This document shows, one piece after another, positions 37,881-51,150 of a DNA stretch of 64,000 bases. Origin of the DNA: Mytilus californianus (Eukaryota); assembly GCF_021869535.1 (NCBI RefSeq), contig NW_026262701.1, positions 4,464,001 through 4,528,000 on the forward strand. The letters run 5' to 3'. The notes under the pieces are model-generated. The model was not told the origin of the DNA. It saw only the letters and a program-made list of their open reading frames with translations, and did not search any database. The position numbers and the translations under genes are program-made. Position 1 is the stretch's first letter, and each line of letters begins with the position of its first letter.

Positions 37881-39532
37881 ACCATTGCTGTTACGCCAGC
37901 CTTTTTATTAAACGCAATTTCCGTTTCCAGAATCTACGTCAGCCTAATATTAGGTCTATGAATGTAAATATGCATGAATACGGGATAATTTACATAAGCA
38001 AAAGGGATAACAATGCAGTAGAACAGAGAGAAGTGACAACACTAATGGAGCAACTACAACCATAAAAAGTACAAAGGCAACGCCTTCATCAAAACAAATA
38101 ACGATGACAGTAAAACCCACTAAAACAATACAGAGAAAACGGAACTTCTCTGGTATACCTGTACCCGTGTTAACTACTGATATAAGCTGATTTCTCGGGG
38201 ATTGGGTTACTACGTTTTGTAAACTTCGTTTATCCTTGATCTTCTTATCGGTTGTAGTTTATATTATTTTTTTATGTTGTCGCGACTCCGTGACTTATTT
38301 GATCAGTATATTTTTCATCAATGGACTTTTAAAAGTACAGTCTGTACAAACACCTGTTCTAGTTTGCCTCAAAGTAATGTATTTATCAATGCATATATTA
38401 ACCAAAGGTGTGTATAAGTCTTAATTCATCGGCAAAATCGGTGTATCTATGTATGGTATAGTCATGGTCTAAAGGAAGGTAAACAATCAGTATTTCTCTC
38501 TTTTTTTTATTATTTGAACAAAAGAAATGAATATGAAGCAAATTTATGTTTATACCCCTTCACTAATAATAATCATTTAAAAACACGAACAACAACAACA
38601 AAAGAAGACCGGATGGAAGGGTATGATAAAAATATATTTTAGCTGTATAAATTGGCATATATTTGTGATGTGATTATTAATTTTGATATTGAAAGATAGG
38701 TGTAATTTGATAAATTCCACTTAATATTGCAACTAAACGAAAGGGGGAATAAAGTATCAGTTGATAATTGAAAATTGTACCTCATTGTCAGCTTGAATGA
38801 TTCGGTATTTTTACTAACACGGAAATTAAAAATATATATTTAGGGTTTTCATTGGCATATAGATACCCTCCCCAAAAAACAAATATGAATAATCGTTCAA
38901 ATAGATAAAAGAGAAAAGCAGCAAATCAAGAATTTAAAAAGAACCTTTTAAACTTCTTATATTCTAAAGCCTTCAAAATATTAAATTTTAAAAACATATC
39001 TTCGTAAAATATATATGTAAAGAAGTTAAATGCAGCCCTTTGAATATTTAAAAGCATAATTTAGGGTTGATGTAACATAAAGACAATACTGTATGTGACT
39101 TCTTAGTGTATGCTTGGTCCTTTTATCGTTAGGTTGTGTCTCACTTGTCCAAATTTCTATCTATTCATATCAAACGACTCATATGGATCTTTAGTGCATG
39201 TTTTCGTTCGGCGGCAAGTTTCAATGATAGGCTTAACATTATTTCTTCAATGATTGTTTGTTTATTTATTGATATCTGTCTACATTGAGATCAACATAAA
39301 AGTATCAAATTAACAATAGTAGAGTCAAACATTAAAATCATCTATAACAGTAAATTGCATTCATATAATGACGAATAGTCTTGAACTCTGCATGAACTTG
39401 TATATGAAGACACATTAAAAATCATATATATGATTAAATACATTTACATAACACCTATTATTATAGTTGATTCATATTCACATTTATACATTGCTCAAAT
39501 ATACACCATACTAGTAAAGAAGCAACGAAATC

Positions 39533-39610
39533 ATTTATACTTATACACTTTTACACATTTATACTTATACACTTTTACACATTTATACTTATACACTTTT
39601 ACACATTTTC
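39533..39610 (+). repeat. 24-bp tandem triplication
   Basis: ATTTATACTTATACACTTTTACAC x3. The paralogous region near 18745 has a single shorter copy. Confidence 0.8.
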
Positions 39611-40280
39611 ATTCTGGACCTTACAAAATATGAGACCGATCATAAACAACGTTTACAACTTATTATTATATCTAAAATGTTAAAACAGCAGTACTGAAAA
39701 TTACGTTTATTTTTTTTTTTTTTTTTTTGTATATATGATTTTTTAAAATTAATTTGATTTTACGGAGTCTTATTTTATTTATGTATCGTATTTATAATAT
39801 TGTTCCAATTGAAAATCATAAGACTCAATCTAAAGGAAAGTGTTTCAGAATATCAGAACAATTCCCTGTTGAATTTGAATGAAAGAGAAACGTACTTAAT
39901 AAAATTGTCAAGAATTAAGGATTTTTCGTGGAAAACTAGAAAAATAAAGTGATAGTGGTTTGGGAAAAACTTTATGTCCATTGATATTGTTTTATTCAAG
40001 ATTCTAATTCAATCTTTTTTATGGCTGTTATTTGTAATTATTACTTCATTCAAAGCCTCGACATACAGATACCATTTCCAATAAAACAAGGAAAACTCAA
40101 ATAACCATATGGACATCATTTTCACTAAAAAAAATATTTTTGTAACAATGACCTTGAACTTTTACCTATTGAACCAAACAATTTTAGGCTTCTTCCATAT
40201 CCATATATCTTCCATCTTTTTATAAGTTTATTTTCTATTTAACCGGTGGTATCTCAAGTAACCATCTTTTGTATTTCTTT

Positions 40281-41100
40281 TTAGCTCACTGTGCTCATAG
40301 GGCCAAGTGAGCTTTTCTCATCACTTGACATCTGTCGTCCGTCGTCGTTAACTTTTACAAAAATTTTCTTCTCTGAAACTACGAAGCCAAATTCAACCAA
40401 ACTTGGCCAAAATCGTCAAAAGAGTATGCAGTTTAAAAAATGGACACGATGGCCCCGCTGTCAACCAACATGGATGATGTAGATAAAAATAGAACAAACG
40501 GGTAAAATTGCAAGTTTTGGCTATTATTGTGAAAACTGCTATAAAAAGGGAAGAACTGACAGGGTCAGAAATGTTCAGAATGATGAAATCTACCTATTGT
40601 TTGTTTACATCAAAACTGTAAGACTACTTCTTACAAGAGTTATTGCCCTTTAATGCCGATTTTTACCAATTTGTTTTTCAAGTTTACCCATTGTCTTGAT
40701 AATCATAATAGAAAGAGAGAAACTTTAATAACAAAATAAGATGTATAAATAAATCAACATTCTTGAAATCGTTAGAAGACTCCTTATTAGAGTAATTGCC
40801 CTTCAATGAAAATGTTTTGTCGTCATTGCTCAATGTCTGAAAAATTATTATAGATATATAGAAACTTTAATAAGCAAAAATGATCAGCAAGACAAGACTA
40901 CAAATAAGTCAACATGGTTGAAGAAATTGATTGACAACTTCTTATTGGAGCTGTAACCCTTTCAAGTCTATTTTTACCATTTTTTGCGTTTTTGCATAAT
41001 ATCTTAAAAAAAAACAGATACATAAAGAGAAGTGTTTCGGATACAAAGACTGACAAGACAGCAATTATATGCTTTCGAAAACTTAACGGTGAGCATCATA
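40281..41100 (+). mobile_element. Helentron-type non-autonomous element (HINE-like)
   Basis: T-run then subterminal inverted repeat AGCTCAC/GTGAGCT (40283-40313) and a CGTC microsatellite. The right end is uncertain (GGTGAGC near 41088). Confidence 0.6.
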
Positions 41101-41272
41101 AAATATCTATAAAAAATGGATATAAGCAAACACAATTAATAGGTAGTTTTCCTGATTGTCCAACATAAACTTTCTTGATTTTCTACCGTTTTACCTGCAA
41201 TTATAAAAAATCAGCCAATATGGGAAGACTGCAATTTTGCGGAAATATCAACAACTTCAAACGATATCGGGT

Positions 41273-41600
41273 GGTCAGCTTATGTTTTTTAGGTTAATCA
41301 TTCTCATCTGACCTTGATCTCATTTCCGTGCTCAAGTGGTCAGTTTATGTTCCATAAGATAATCATTCTCATCTGACCTTGATCTCATTTCCACGCTCAG
41401 GAGGTCAGCTTATGTTTCATAAGATAATCATTCTTATCTGACCTAGATCTCATTTCCACGCTCAAGTGGTCAGCTTATGTTTTATAAGATAATCATTCTC
41501 ATCTGACCTTGATCTACTTTCCACGCCCAAGTGATCAGCTTATGTTTCATAAGTTAATCATTCTCATCTGACCTTGATGTCATTTCCACGCTCAAGTGGT
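41273..41600 (+). repeat. 65-bp tandem repeat x5
   Basis: Unit GGTCAGCTTATGTTTCATAAGATAATCATTCTCATCTGACCTTGATCTCATTTCCACGCTCAAGT starts at 41273, 41338, 41403, 41468 and 41533. Confidence 0.92.
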
Positions 41601-43289
41601 AAGGTTGTGGTCATAGGTATATCTGTACATACTTTCTTTGATTCATTATGACTGGATTGACGACAGCATTCCGGTCCTTATAGACATGCCAGGCTAATGA
41701 TCAATCTATATTTATCTACGTGTATGTAGCCTTAGATGATCTTTTTTTTTTTTGTTGTTTTAATTATGTTGTTGGATGGCTTATAGATGTTTATCTTCCG
41801 TAGACGATTACAAGTTTTCATATTTGTACTCTGTTAACTTTAAACTAAATTATGCAATTTAGATCCATGCTGGTTAAAACCGTTTCCCCGTAGCATATTT
41901 TTAAAAAGAAAACATTTAAACAAAGTCCTAACAAAACAGAAAATATATTTTACTTTCTTTGTTCAATCAGTTGTGAAAATTATGTTTCTTTAAATGTGCA
42001 AAAGGTAAACATGGTTCGACACACTTAATGAACAGAATTTATGGTTATTAGTCTGCACCAAATAACACTGATATATTTGTGGTTAATTATGTAACAAATG
42101 ATGTTCTAGAATGACTTCGTGTTTTCAAATATGCCTGCATCTTGGTGGTGGTTGTAGTGGTGGTGGTGGTGGTGGGGATTGATATGTCGTTAAAAAACTA
42201 TGATGATTATCGAATCTTTGTGACTGTGACTATTCAATATAAACACAGAAACAACTGTTGTGCGCATGCAAATCATATCTTGTTTTATTATTATTTAAGC
42301 CTAATGCCAGAAATAAACAATGTTCTGTGATGATTTTAATTCATGCATTGATACGGCATATAAATTCATGATGCAAAATCTGTCCACGCACTTAACAGAC
42401 CAGATTACTAAGACGGTGTTTTTGAAAGTTCTTTCTTTTTCATGATTTGCCTTAACTTTAAATACGATTTTCAGTTTATAAATTATGTAATTATAATAAG
42501 GCCAATGTTGCAACTTCTTTTGAGAAAGTTTCCCTTACAAAATTTAGGCTGCTCTGTTTAAGCTTTTGGGGTTAAATGGTTTTTATGAGTGGTTCAGTGA
42601 TTTATTCATTTGGCTTTCAACATCTTTTTTTTAAGGTGCCATTTGATAGTTTACCAGAAACAAATGTCTTGCTCAATGAAAAAGAAAGCTTACGTTTATG
42701 TAATTTTTGATTTATTTTTAAACAGTGACTGTTTCTGTTTCACAATTTAAAATAAAACATAACAACACAACATAAGAACAAAGTTCTTTAACTTGTTTCA
42801 GTTCGTTAGACAGCACTCTTTATATAGCTTAAAACTCTTCGGTATCATTTTGTAATTTGCCATCCCCCGCCACCCTTTTTATTGTTTTTTCTTCTTTCTA
42901 AACAATTAATTATGTGGATTCAACGTAAATTTACCTTTTAAAACATGTTTAATTTAACTCTTGTTGAAATGATTCATTCACGTAATCTGTTGGTGACCGT
43001 TATCTTGATAATTCGATGCAACATCTGTTGTAAAATGTTTTAAATTAGATGACTAATCAAACGCTCCAAGGACAAAATAAACTTTATCAAACAGTTTACC
43101 AAAAGGGGAATTCAATAACATTTTCAAATAAAAGCTATAGACTGATAGATTTCTGAGATTTTAAGACTCAAACAATTGAATGAAAGAAGGATAAAACGGA
43201 AGTGGAAGTGGATCGATCGACTTTGCTGAAACATATACAAGTTAGTTTTAAGAAATCGATGTATCGTATCAACAATGAAATAAACTAAT

Positions 43290-46110
43290 AATGAATCGGT
43301 GTCTCCAAACTGTGCTGTAATGAACTAGTAACTAATCGGCGTATCGCATTTGTGTTATAGTGAACTAAAAGCAAATCGGTGTATCGCATCTGTGGTATAT
43401 TGAACTGTTACAAATCGGTGTATCGTATCTGTGGTGTAATGAACAAATAACGAATCAGTGTATGGTATATGTGGTGTAATGAACTGTTACAAATCGGTGT
43501 ATCGTATCGATGGTGTAATGAGCTGTTACAAATCGGTGTATCGTATATGTGGTGTAATGAACTAATAACAAATCGGTGTATCGCATATGTGGTGTAATGA
43601 ACTGATAACTAATCGGTATATCGAATCTGTGGTTAAATGAACTGTTACAAATCGGTGTATCGTATCTGTGGTGTAACGAACCAATAACAAGTCGATGTAT
43701 CGCATGTGTGGTGTAATGAATTGATAACAAACCAGAGTTTCGAAACTGTAGTGTAATGAGCTTATAACGAATCGGTGTATCTTATCTATGGTGTAATGAA
43801 CTGTGCCAAATCGGTGTATCGTATCTGTGGTGTAATATACTTATAACGAATCGGTGTCTCGTATCTGTGGTGTAATGTACTCATAACAAATCGGTGTATC
43901 GTACGAGTGATGTAATGAACCAATAACGAATCGGTGTCTCGTATCTGTTGCGTAATGAACTAATAACAAATCAGTAAATCGTATCTGTGGCGTAATGAAC
44001 TGTTACAAATCGGTGTATCGTATCTGTTGCGTAATGAACTAATAACAAATCAGTAAATCGTATCTGTGGTGTAATGAACAAATTAAAAATCGATGTGTAA
44101 CTTACTGATAACAAATTGTTGTATAGTATCTGTGGTGTAATGAACTGTTACAAATCAGTGTAACGCATCTGTTGTGTAAGTTACTGATAACAAATTTTTG
44201 TATAGTATCTGTGGTGTAATGAACTGTTACAAGTCAGTGTATCGCATCTGTGGTGTAAGTTACTGATTACAAATTGTTTTTTAGTATCAGTGGTGTAATG
44301 AACTGTTACAAATCAGTGTATCGCATCTGTTGTGTAAGTTACTGATTACAAATTGTTGTATAGTATCTATGGTGTAATGAACTGTGCCAAATCGGTGTAT
44401 CGTATCTATGGTGTAATATACTTATAACGAATCGGTGTCTCGTATCTGTGGTGTAATGTACTCATAACAAATCGGTGTATCGTACGAGTGATGTAATGAA
44501 CCAATAACGAATCGGTGTCTCGTATCTGTGGTGTAATGAACTCATAACAAATCAGTGTATCGCATCTGTTGTGTAAGTTACTGATTACAAATTGTTGTAT
44601 AGTATCTGTGATGTAATGAACTGTTACAAATCAGTGCATCAAATCTGTTGTGTAACTTACTGATAACAAATTGTTGTAAAGTATATGTGGTGTAATGAAC
44701 TGTTACAAATTAGTGTATCTCATCTGTTGTGTTACTTACTGATAACAAATTGTTGTATAGTATCTGTGGTGTAATGAACTGTTACAAATCAGTAAATCGT
44801 ATCTGTGGTGTAATGAACAAATAACAAATCGATGTGTAACTTACTGATAACAAATTGTTGTTAAGTATCTGTGGTGTAATGAACTGTTACAAATCAGTGT
44901 ATCGCTACTGTTGTGTAACTTACTGATAACAAATTGTTGTTTAGTATCTGTTGTATAATAAGCTGAAAATAAATCATTCTGTCGTATAATTGTTGGAGAT
45001 AATACCATAGATGATAAAAGAACTCGTAGGTTCCTTACGAGTGTAGGTTCGGATATATGTTTCTTCCTCAAATACAATTGTTAACCATTCTTCAATTAAC
45101 ATTCAAACAAATAGTTCATTACACCACAATTGTGATTCCGCTCAATTCACCACAGTTTCGATACAGTTGAGATCTGACACCTTTTTCTATGATCAATACA
45201 ATAGGTAATTATTGAAACTGAAATTAATTTTGATTAAAAAAGGTGGTCAGTATTTATACGGTCATTTGCAAAGTCCCGGTTCTTCCAAACAACTTTGATT
45301 CAAATGCCTTACACACATGGGGGTCTCTTCCTATATAAATTGTTGTATAGTATCTGTGGTGTAATGAACTGTTACAAATAAGTGTATCGCATCTGTTGTG
45401 TAACTTACTGATAACAAATTGTTGTTTAGTATCTGTGGTGTAATAAACTGTTACAAATCAGTGTATCTCATCTGTTGTGTAAGTTACTGATAACAAAGTG
45501 TTGTATAGTATCTGTGTGTAATGGGCTATTACAAATTAGTGTATCGCATCTGTTGTGTAACTTACTGATAACAAATTGTTGTATAGTATCTGTGGTGTAA
45601 TGAACTGTTACAAATCAGTAAATCGTATCTGTGGTGTAATGAACAAATAACAAATCGATGTGTAACTTACTGATAACAAATTGTTGTTTAGTATTGTGGT
45701 GTAATGAACTGTTACAAATCAATGTATCGCATCTGTTGTGTAAGTTACTGATAACAAATTGTTGTTTAGTATCTGTGGTGTAATAAACTGTTACAAAGTA
45801 GTGTATCGCATCTGTTGTGTAAGTTACTGATAACAAATTGTTGTATAGTATCTGTGGTGTTATGAACTATTACAAATTAGTGCATCGCATCTAAAGTGTA
45901 ACTTACTGATAACAAATTGTTGTATAGTATCTGTGGTGTAATGAACTGTTACAAATCAGTAACTCGTATCTGTGGTGTAATGAACAAATAACAAATCGAT
46001 GTGTAACTTACTGATAAAAAATTGTTGTTTAGTATTGTGGTGTAATGAATTGTTACAAATCAATGTATCGCATCTATTGTGTAACTTACTGATAACAAAT
46101 GGTTGTTTAG
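43290..46110 (+). repeat. ~39-41 bp minisatellite (two blocks: 43290-44950 and 45340-46110) with alternating dimeric variants
   Basis: Core AAATCGGTGTATCGTATCTGTGGTGTAATGAACTGTTAC. Later units alternate with ...CATCTGTTGTGTAAGTTACTGATAACAAATTGTTG... Confidence 0.92.
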
Positions 46111-46487
46111 TATCTGTCGTATAATAAGCTAAAAACAAATCGATCTGTCGTATAATTGTTGGAGATAATACCATAGATGATAAAAGAACTCCTAGGTTCG
46201 TTCGAGTGTAGGTTCGGATATATATTTTTTTTTTCCTCAAATACAATTGTTAACCATTCTTCAATTAACATTCAAACAAATAGTTCATTACACCACAATT
46301 GTGATTCCGCTCAATTCACCACAGTTTCGATACAGTTGAGATCTGACACCTTTTTCTTTGTTCAATACAATTGGTCATTATTGAAATTGAAATTAATTTT
46401 GATTAAAACAGGTGGTCAGTATTTACACGGACATTTGCAAAGTCCCGGTTCTTCCAAACAACTTTGATTCAAATGCCTTACACACAT

Positions 46488-46859
46488 GGGGGTCTCTTCC
46501 TATATAAAGGTTTACACAGACGTGCCGCTGGTATGTGCCAAATTTTTGGAATTTCAAATATATCAACGGGGTAATATATCAATGGGTATGAATTTAGATG
46601 TCAATGGGTCATAAAAATGCATGTTCAGTTAAGATGTGTGTTAAATCTGTGTTCTGATTCTTTTATCTAATAATAATGAATGACCCCATGTGGTTAACGT
46701 CTAAATAAGATGTCATGATAGCTGGGAAATATCATATATTGATGGGTTGTGATTATGAATGGGTAGGGATTTTCGCGTAAATCAATATATGAACGGGGTA
46801 TTTTTTTAAATCCCAGTTTGTCGTACGTCTGTACCCAAATTTGGCTGTTGAGACCCCCC
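46488..46859. mobile_element. MITE with imperfect GGGGGTCTC...ACAGACGT terminal inverted repeats
   Basis: Left GGGGGTCTCTTCC...ACACAGACGTG versus reverse complement of the right end GGGGGGTCTCAAC...GTACAGACGTA. Confidence 0.65.
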
Positions 46860-46956
46860 ACCGTGGCCTAACAACTTCACAATGAACAGTGCTTTATATA
46901 TCTTTAATACTACAAAACAAAAGAATTTTTATTCAATAACCTCTAGCCATGTTCTT

Positions 46957-47212
46957 AGGGAGCTACCATTTGATTTTTATGGGGGGCTAGGACATGAAAT
47001 TTGAAAAAAATATGCAGGACAGGAGTTTTGAGTAAAAAAAAAGGCAGGATGAGACACTTGCAAAAAAAAAAAAGGTCAGGATGACAATTTAGGTAAAAAA
47101 AAGATAGGATAAACTTTAAAAAAAAAAAGGCAGGACCGAATAGAGTGAAAAATAAAAAGGCAGGACAGAGATTACAACTTAAAAAAATGCAGGACAAAAT
47201 TTTTCATCCTAA
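46957..47212 (+). mobile_element. Truncated MITE-like end with internal A-run/GCAGGAC repeats
   Basis: AGGGAGCTACCATTTGATTTTTATGGGGGG start and about six AAAAAGGCAGGA(C/T) modules. Confidence 0.5.
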
Positions 47213-49189
47213 TGAACTTAATCTTAAACGAATATGTATTTTACTTTGTGTTATAATTACTTTTATTTACATGTTGATCAGTTTGGTGAAATATCTAAAA
47301 CAAATTGTTCGCTAAACGATAACATATAATGACCATTTTCCTTTATCATGATAATTTAATATGTTTTTATTTTGTTTTTTGGTTGTTTTTGTTTTTGAAA
47401 TATTTTAACCTTGGACTTGATACATATCATATTTAATGTATTCATAATATCAACTTCATTCAAACATGCGACTGTTTAAATCCTCTGTCTATTTATTTTT
47501 ATTAGTTGTCCTTGTGTTTGTAGGGTAAAGGTATTTCTATATGTACCACAATAATATCTTACACATTTCGCTTCAGGCAAAAACTCTGGTTATTTCAAAG
47601 ATTTATGGCATCACTATTTCATGGTTCTTGGATGTTTTATGGTATCAACTGCCGATTCCCACATACCGACATACACTTGTAGACGATTCAAAAACGGGAT
47701 TAATTGCTTATGAATACAGACATCGTATATATCACTATTTTTGGAAGGCAAGCACATTGTAAATTATTAAAACGCTATTGAAGTTTCTGAGTTTCGTCCT
47801 AATAAACGTGTTATAATTTCAATTCAGTTCAAATTTGTATTGTCATTACACATATACATTTATAGCATGTGACACAACATAACAAAATAAAAACAATATC
47901 AACAAGATCATTATTGAAGGTCATCCATTGACCTGTAGTTGCTTTCATCGTAGTCTGTTGGTCTTTGAACTATTTAAGCAGCAACTATCAACAAATCCGT
48001 AAATAGACAATGTACTCTAAGTAACTACTCGCGAGCTTCTTGACTTGGGAATGACACAGTGAGTTGATGAATTTGTTAAACATATTCTGAGTACATGAAC
48101 TCCTCCACTTTCTTTGATGTAACAGCAAAAGAAAAAGAGACAAACAAGCAGTAAAAAAATCTAAACACTTGCTGTGTGTTTGTTTATTCTACATTGCCTA
48201 GGGGTATAGGGGGAGGGTTGAGATCTCACAAAACATGTTAACCCCATCGCATTTGTGTGCCTGTCCTAAGTAGGGAACATCTGGCCTTTCTTTGTCATGT
48301 CTTGTATGTATGTTTTTTTTGGTTCATTTATATGTTTCGGAGTTTAGTGTGACGTCCATTTTCGCAGAACTAGTATACATGTTTGTTTAGGGGCCAGCTG
48401 AAGCCCGCCTCCGGGTGCGGGATTTTCACGCTGTGTTGAAGACCCATTGGTGGCTTTGGGCTGTTGTCTGCTCTTTGGGCGGGTTGTTGTCTCTTTGACA
48501 CATTCCCCGTCTCTATTTTCAATTTGATCAGTAATAATGACGTAATTAAAAACCACAAGATATAGCTGCATGCTATACTAAATGATACCATACTAAACAA
48601 TGTCATCACAGCTTGCTATATTACATATTTAAATAGTGTTTGAAAATGATATTGACTCGGTGTTATTTTTAGTTTACTAACATGGAGTCAATATTATGTC
48701 TTAGAATGATCGTATGCACCAGTAAATGTGTGTTCATTTTCGTCCTGGAGTCAGATATTCGGTGCTGCTTTATAGATAAAATTTCAAATAATAAAACAAG
48801 GAAGGTATGCGTAAAAAAATAAAAGCATCGATAAACCTTTTAAACATCGACCAGAAAAGTAGAATGTTATGATTTTATCGTCATGCATTTTAATCATATT
48901 CTCAGAATTCTGTAAATACTGGATATAATTTGATTGAAATATATATTATATGAAAGGCGAAAAGAAAAAAACGGAGTTGACGGGCTAATCCTTGACCTTG
49001 CTTTGACATATAGTATAACCTTACATCTATATGTCTATAAAGATTGTACTTAACATTAGAATATCGTGACACTTCTAAAACTTTACTCGAGAATAAAATA
49101 TTTTAATATAAATACGCACATAAACACAAACTATAAATCATCAAATGTAATCTATAATGTTAACCATTATTTTCTCTGATGCAACATTT

Positions 49190-49880
49190 ACAAACAACAC
49201 ATATCACTATACAACATACACAACACATACTACCATACAACACAAACAACACATACCACCATACAACACACACACAACACATACTACCATACAACACAAA
49301 CAACACATACTTCCATACAACACAAACAACATATACTACCATACAACACATACTACCATACAACACAAACAACACATACCACCATACAACACAAACAAAA
49401 CATACCACCATACAACACATACTACCATACAACACAAACAACACATACTACCATACAACACATACCACAATACAACACAAACAACATATACCACCATACA
49501 ACACATACTACCTTACAACACATACTACCATAACAACACATACCACCATACAACACAAACAACATATACTACCATACAACACATACCACCATACAACACA
49601 TACTACCATACAACACAAACAACACATACTTCCATACAACACAAACAACACATTCCACCATACACCACAAACAACATATACCACCATACAACACATAATA
49701 CCATACAACACATACCACCATACAACACAAACAACATATACTACCAAACAACACATACAACATATACTACCATACAACACATACCACCATACAACACATA
49801 CTACCATACAACACAAACAACACATACTACCATACAACACAAACAACATATACTACCATACAACACAAACAATTCATACA
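49190..49880 (+). repeat. C/A-rich modular minisatellite (CCATACAACACA / AACAACACA / TACTA / TACCA)
   Basis: G-free, shuffled short modules. This explains the overlapping H/T/Y/N-rich ORFs in the track. Confidence 0.9.
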
Positions 49881-50669
49881 ACATCTAGAGGTCAACAAAC
49901 ATTGTTCAACATTACAGGTCTCTATACAAATTTCAGGCTCTAAATAGTTCCCACTCGTTCCAGTTCCTGATAGTATATGGGTAAAAATAGACAGGTCCAA
50001 TAAATAAGCCGCTGTAACTACTTAACGTATTCTTCGGTTGACGATTTGATATTTTTCAAGAGAAAAGATCAAGTTCATTATTGATGTCTTTAAAAAGAAA
50101 TGTTTACTTCAAGAGTGGTCTTTCATATCAGATATACATTTAAAATGTAATAGTAATAAATCAATTAGCATAATGCCAGGACGCGGTTTATGCTTTATAG
50201 AAGGGGTACTAATTCGGCGCGGCGACGTAAGCTTTTTATAGCATTATGGGATACTTATCATGCAACAGCGGAGATGCTGATTTTTTGCATATAACAGAAT
50301 GTTTGCGAGGTGTATGTGTCTGTCGGAAATGGTTCATCTAACCTTTACTTCATTTTCAGGCTTCATTGTTCATCGTTAAGTTTTCTTGATAAGTTTGGTG
50401 TATGGAATTCTTTCAAAGTGAGCGTCCGTCTGACAGGGTTCTTTTGACCTTACAGTAATTTTCATGGTACATATATACGTTAATTCCCCGTGATTAGGAC
50501 AGTTTATTACTGTAAGCAAGTACATGGTTGCTGTCTCATCGAAATACACCAGGAATATTCGTTCATTTAAAATTTTTGGATTGGTTTTCAAAACAGTAAA
50601 AAACAACTTTAAGAGAATCTGAATAAGTTTCTAAATTTTCATCGGAACACCAATCATTTGATGATACCA

Positions 50670-51150
50670 ACGTATACTTCAAGTTGAAATCAAAGATATC
50701 ACAAACTCAGTTACGTCTCTATATTTTGACGTACATTTCGAAATTGATAATGAAGGTCAGTTGAGAACTAAACATGACGATAAAAGGATAGTTTAAGCTT
50801 TCCAATTGTGAACTTTCCGTTTCTTTTCAGAAAGATTCTGGAATATCTATCTCAAAGATTACCACGGGTATGTTCAAACTTTCTTAACTACAATCCCGTT
50901 CTCTTTTCCGAATGCAACTTATTATCGACTTTTTTATTTGCCATGAGCAACAGGGGCGGGTGCCATAAGATCTACTCACCCTGTCGAAGCTTTAGAGTTC
51001 GCCTACGGTTTTTTGGTGGGTTTTTTACTGTTCAATCTTTTAGTTTTCTGTGTATTGCTTTTGAAGACATGTTTGTGTTTTTTCGTTTTCTTTTTTGTCA
51101 TTGTAGTGTCTGTTTATCTTTGAATCTTCTGACTTTTTTTTGTCTTGTGT
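50670..51150 (+). mobile_element. Old Naiad/PLE RT C-terminus plus 3' tail (related tail fragment at ~6790-6985)
   Basis: EIKDITNS...DNEGQLRTK.DDKR...FPIVNFPFL, followed by a T-rich tail. Confidence 0.6.

Noticed and set aside
49157-49943. His/Thr-rich 243-254 aa ORFs as proteins
   Set aside because: They are explained by a G-free repeat that rarely forms stops, and all frames give similar low-complexity peptides.
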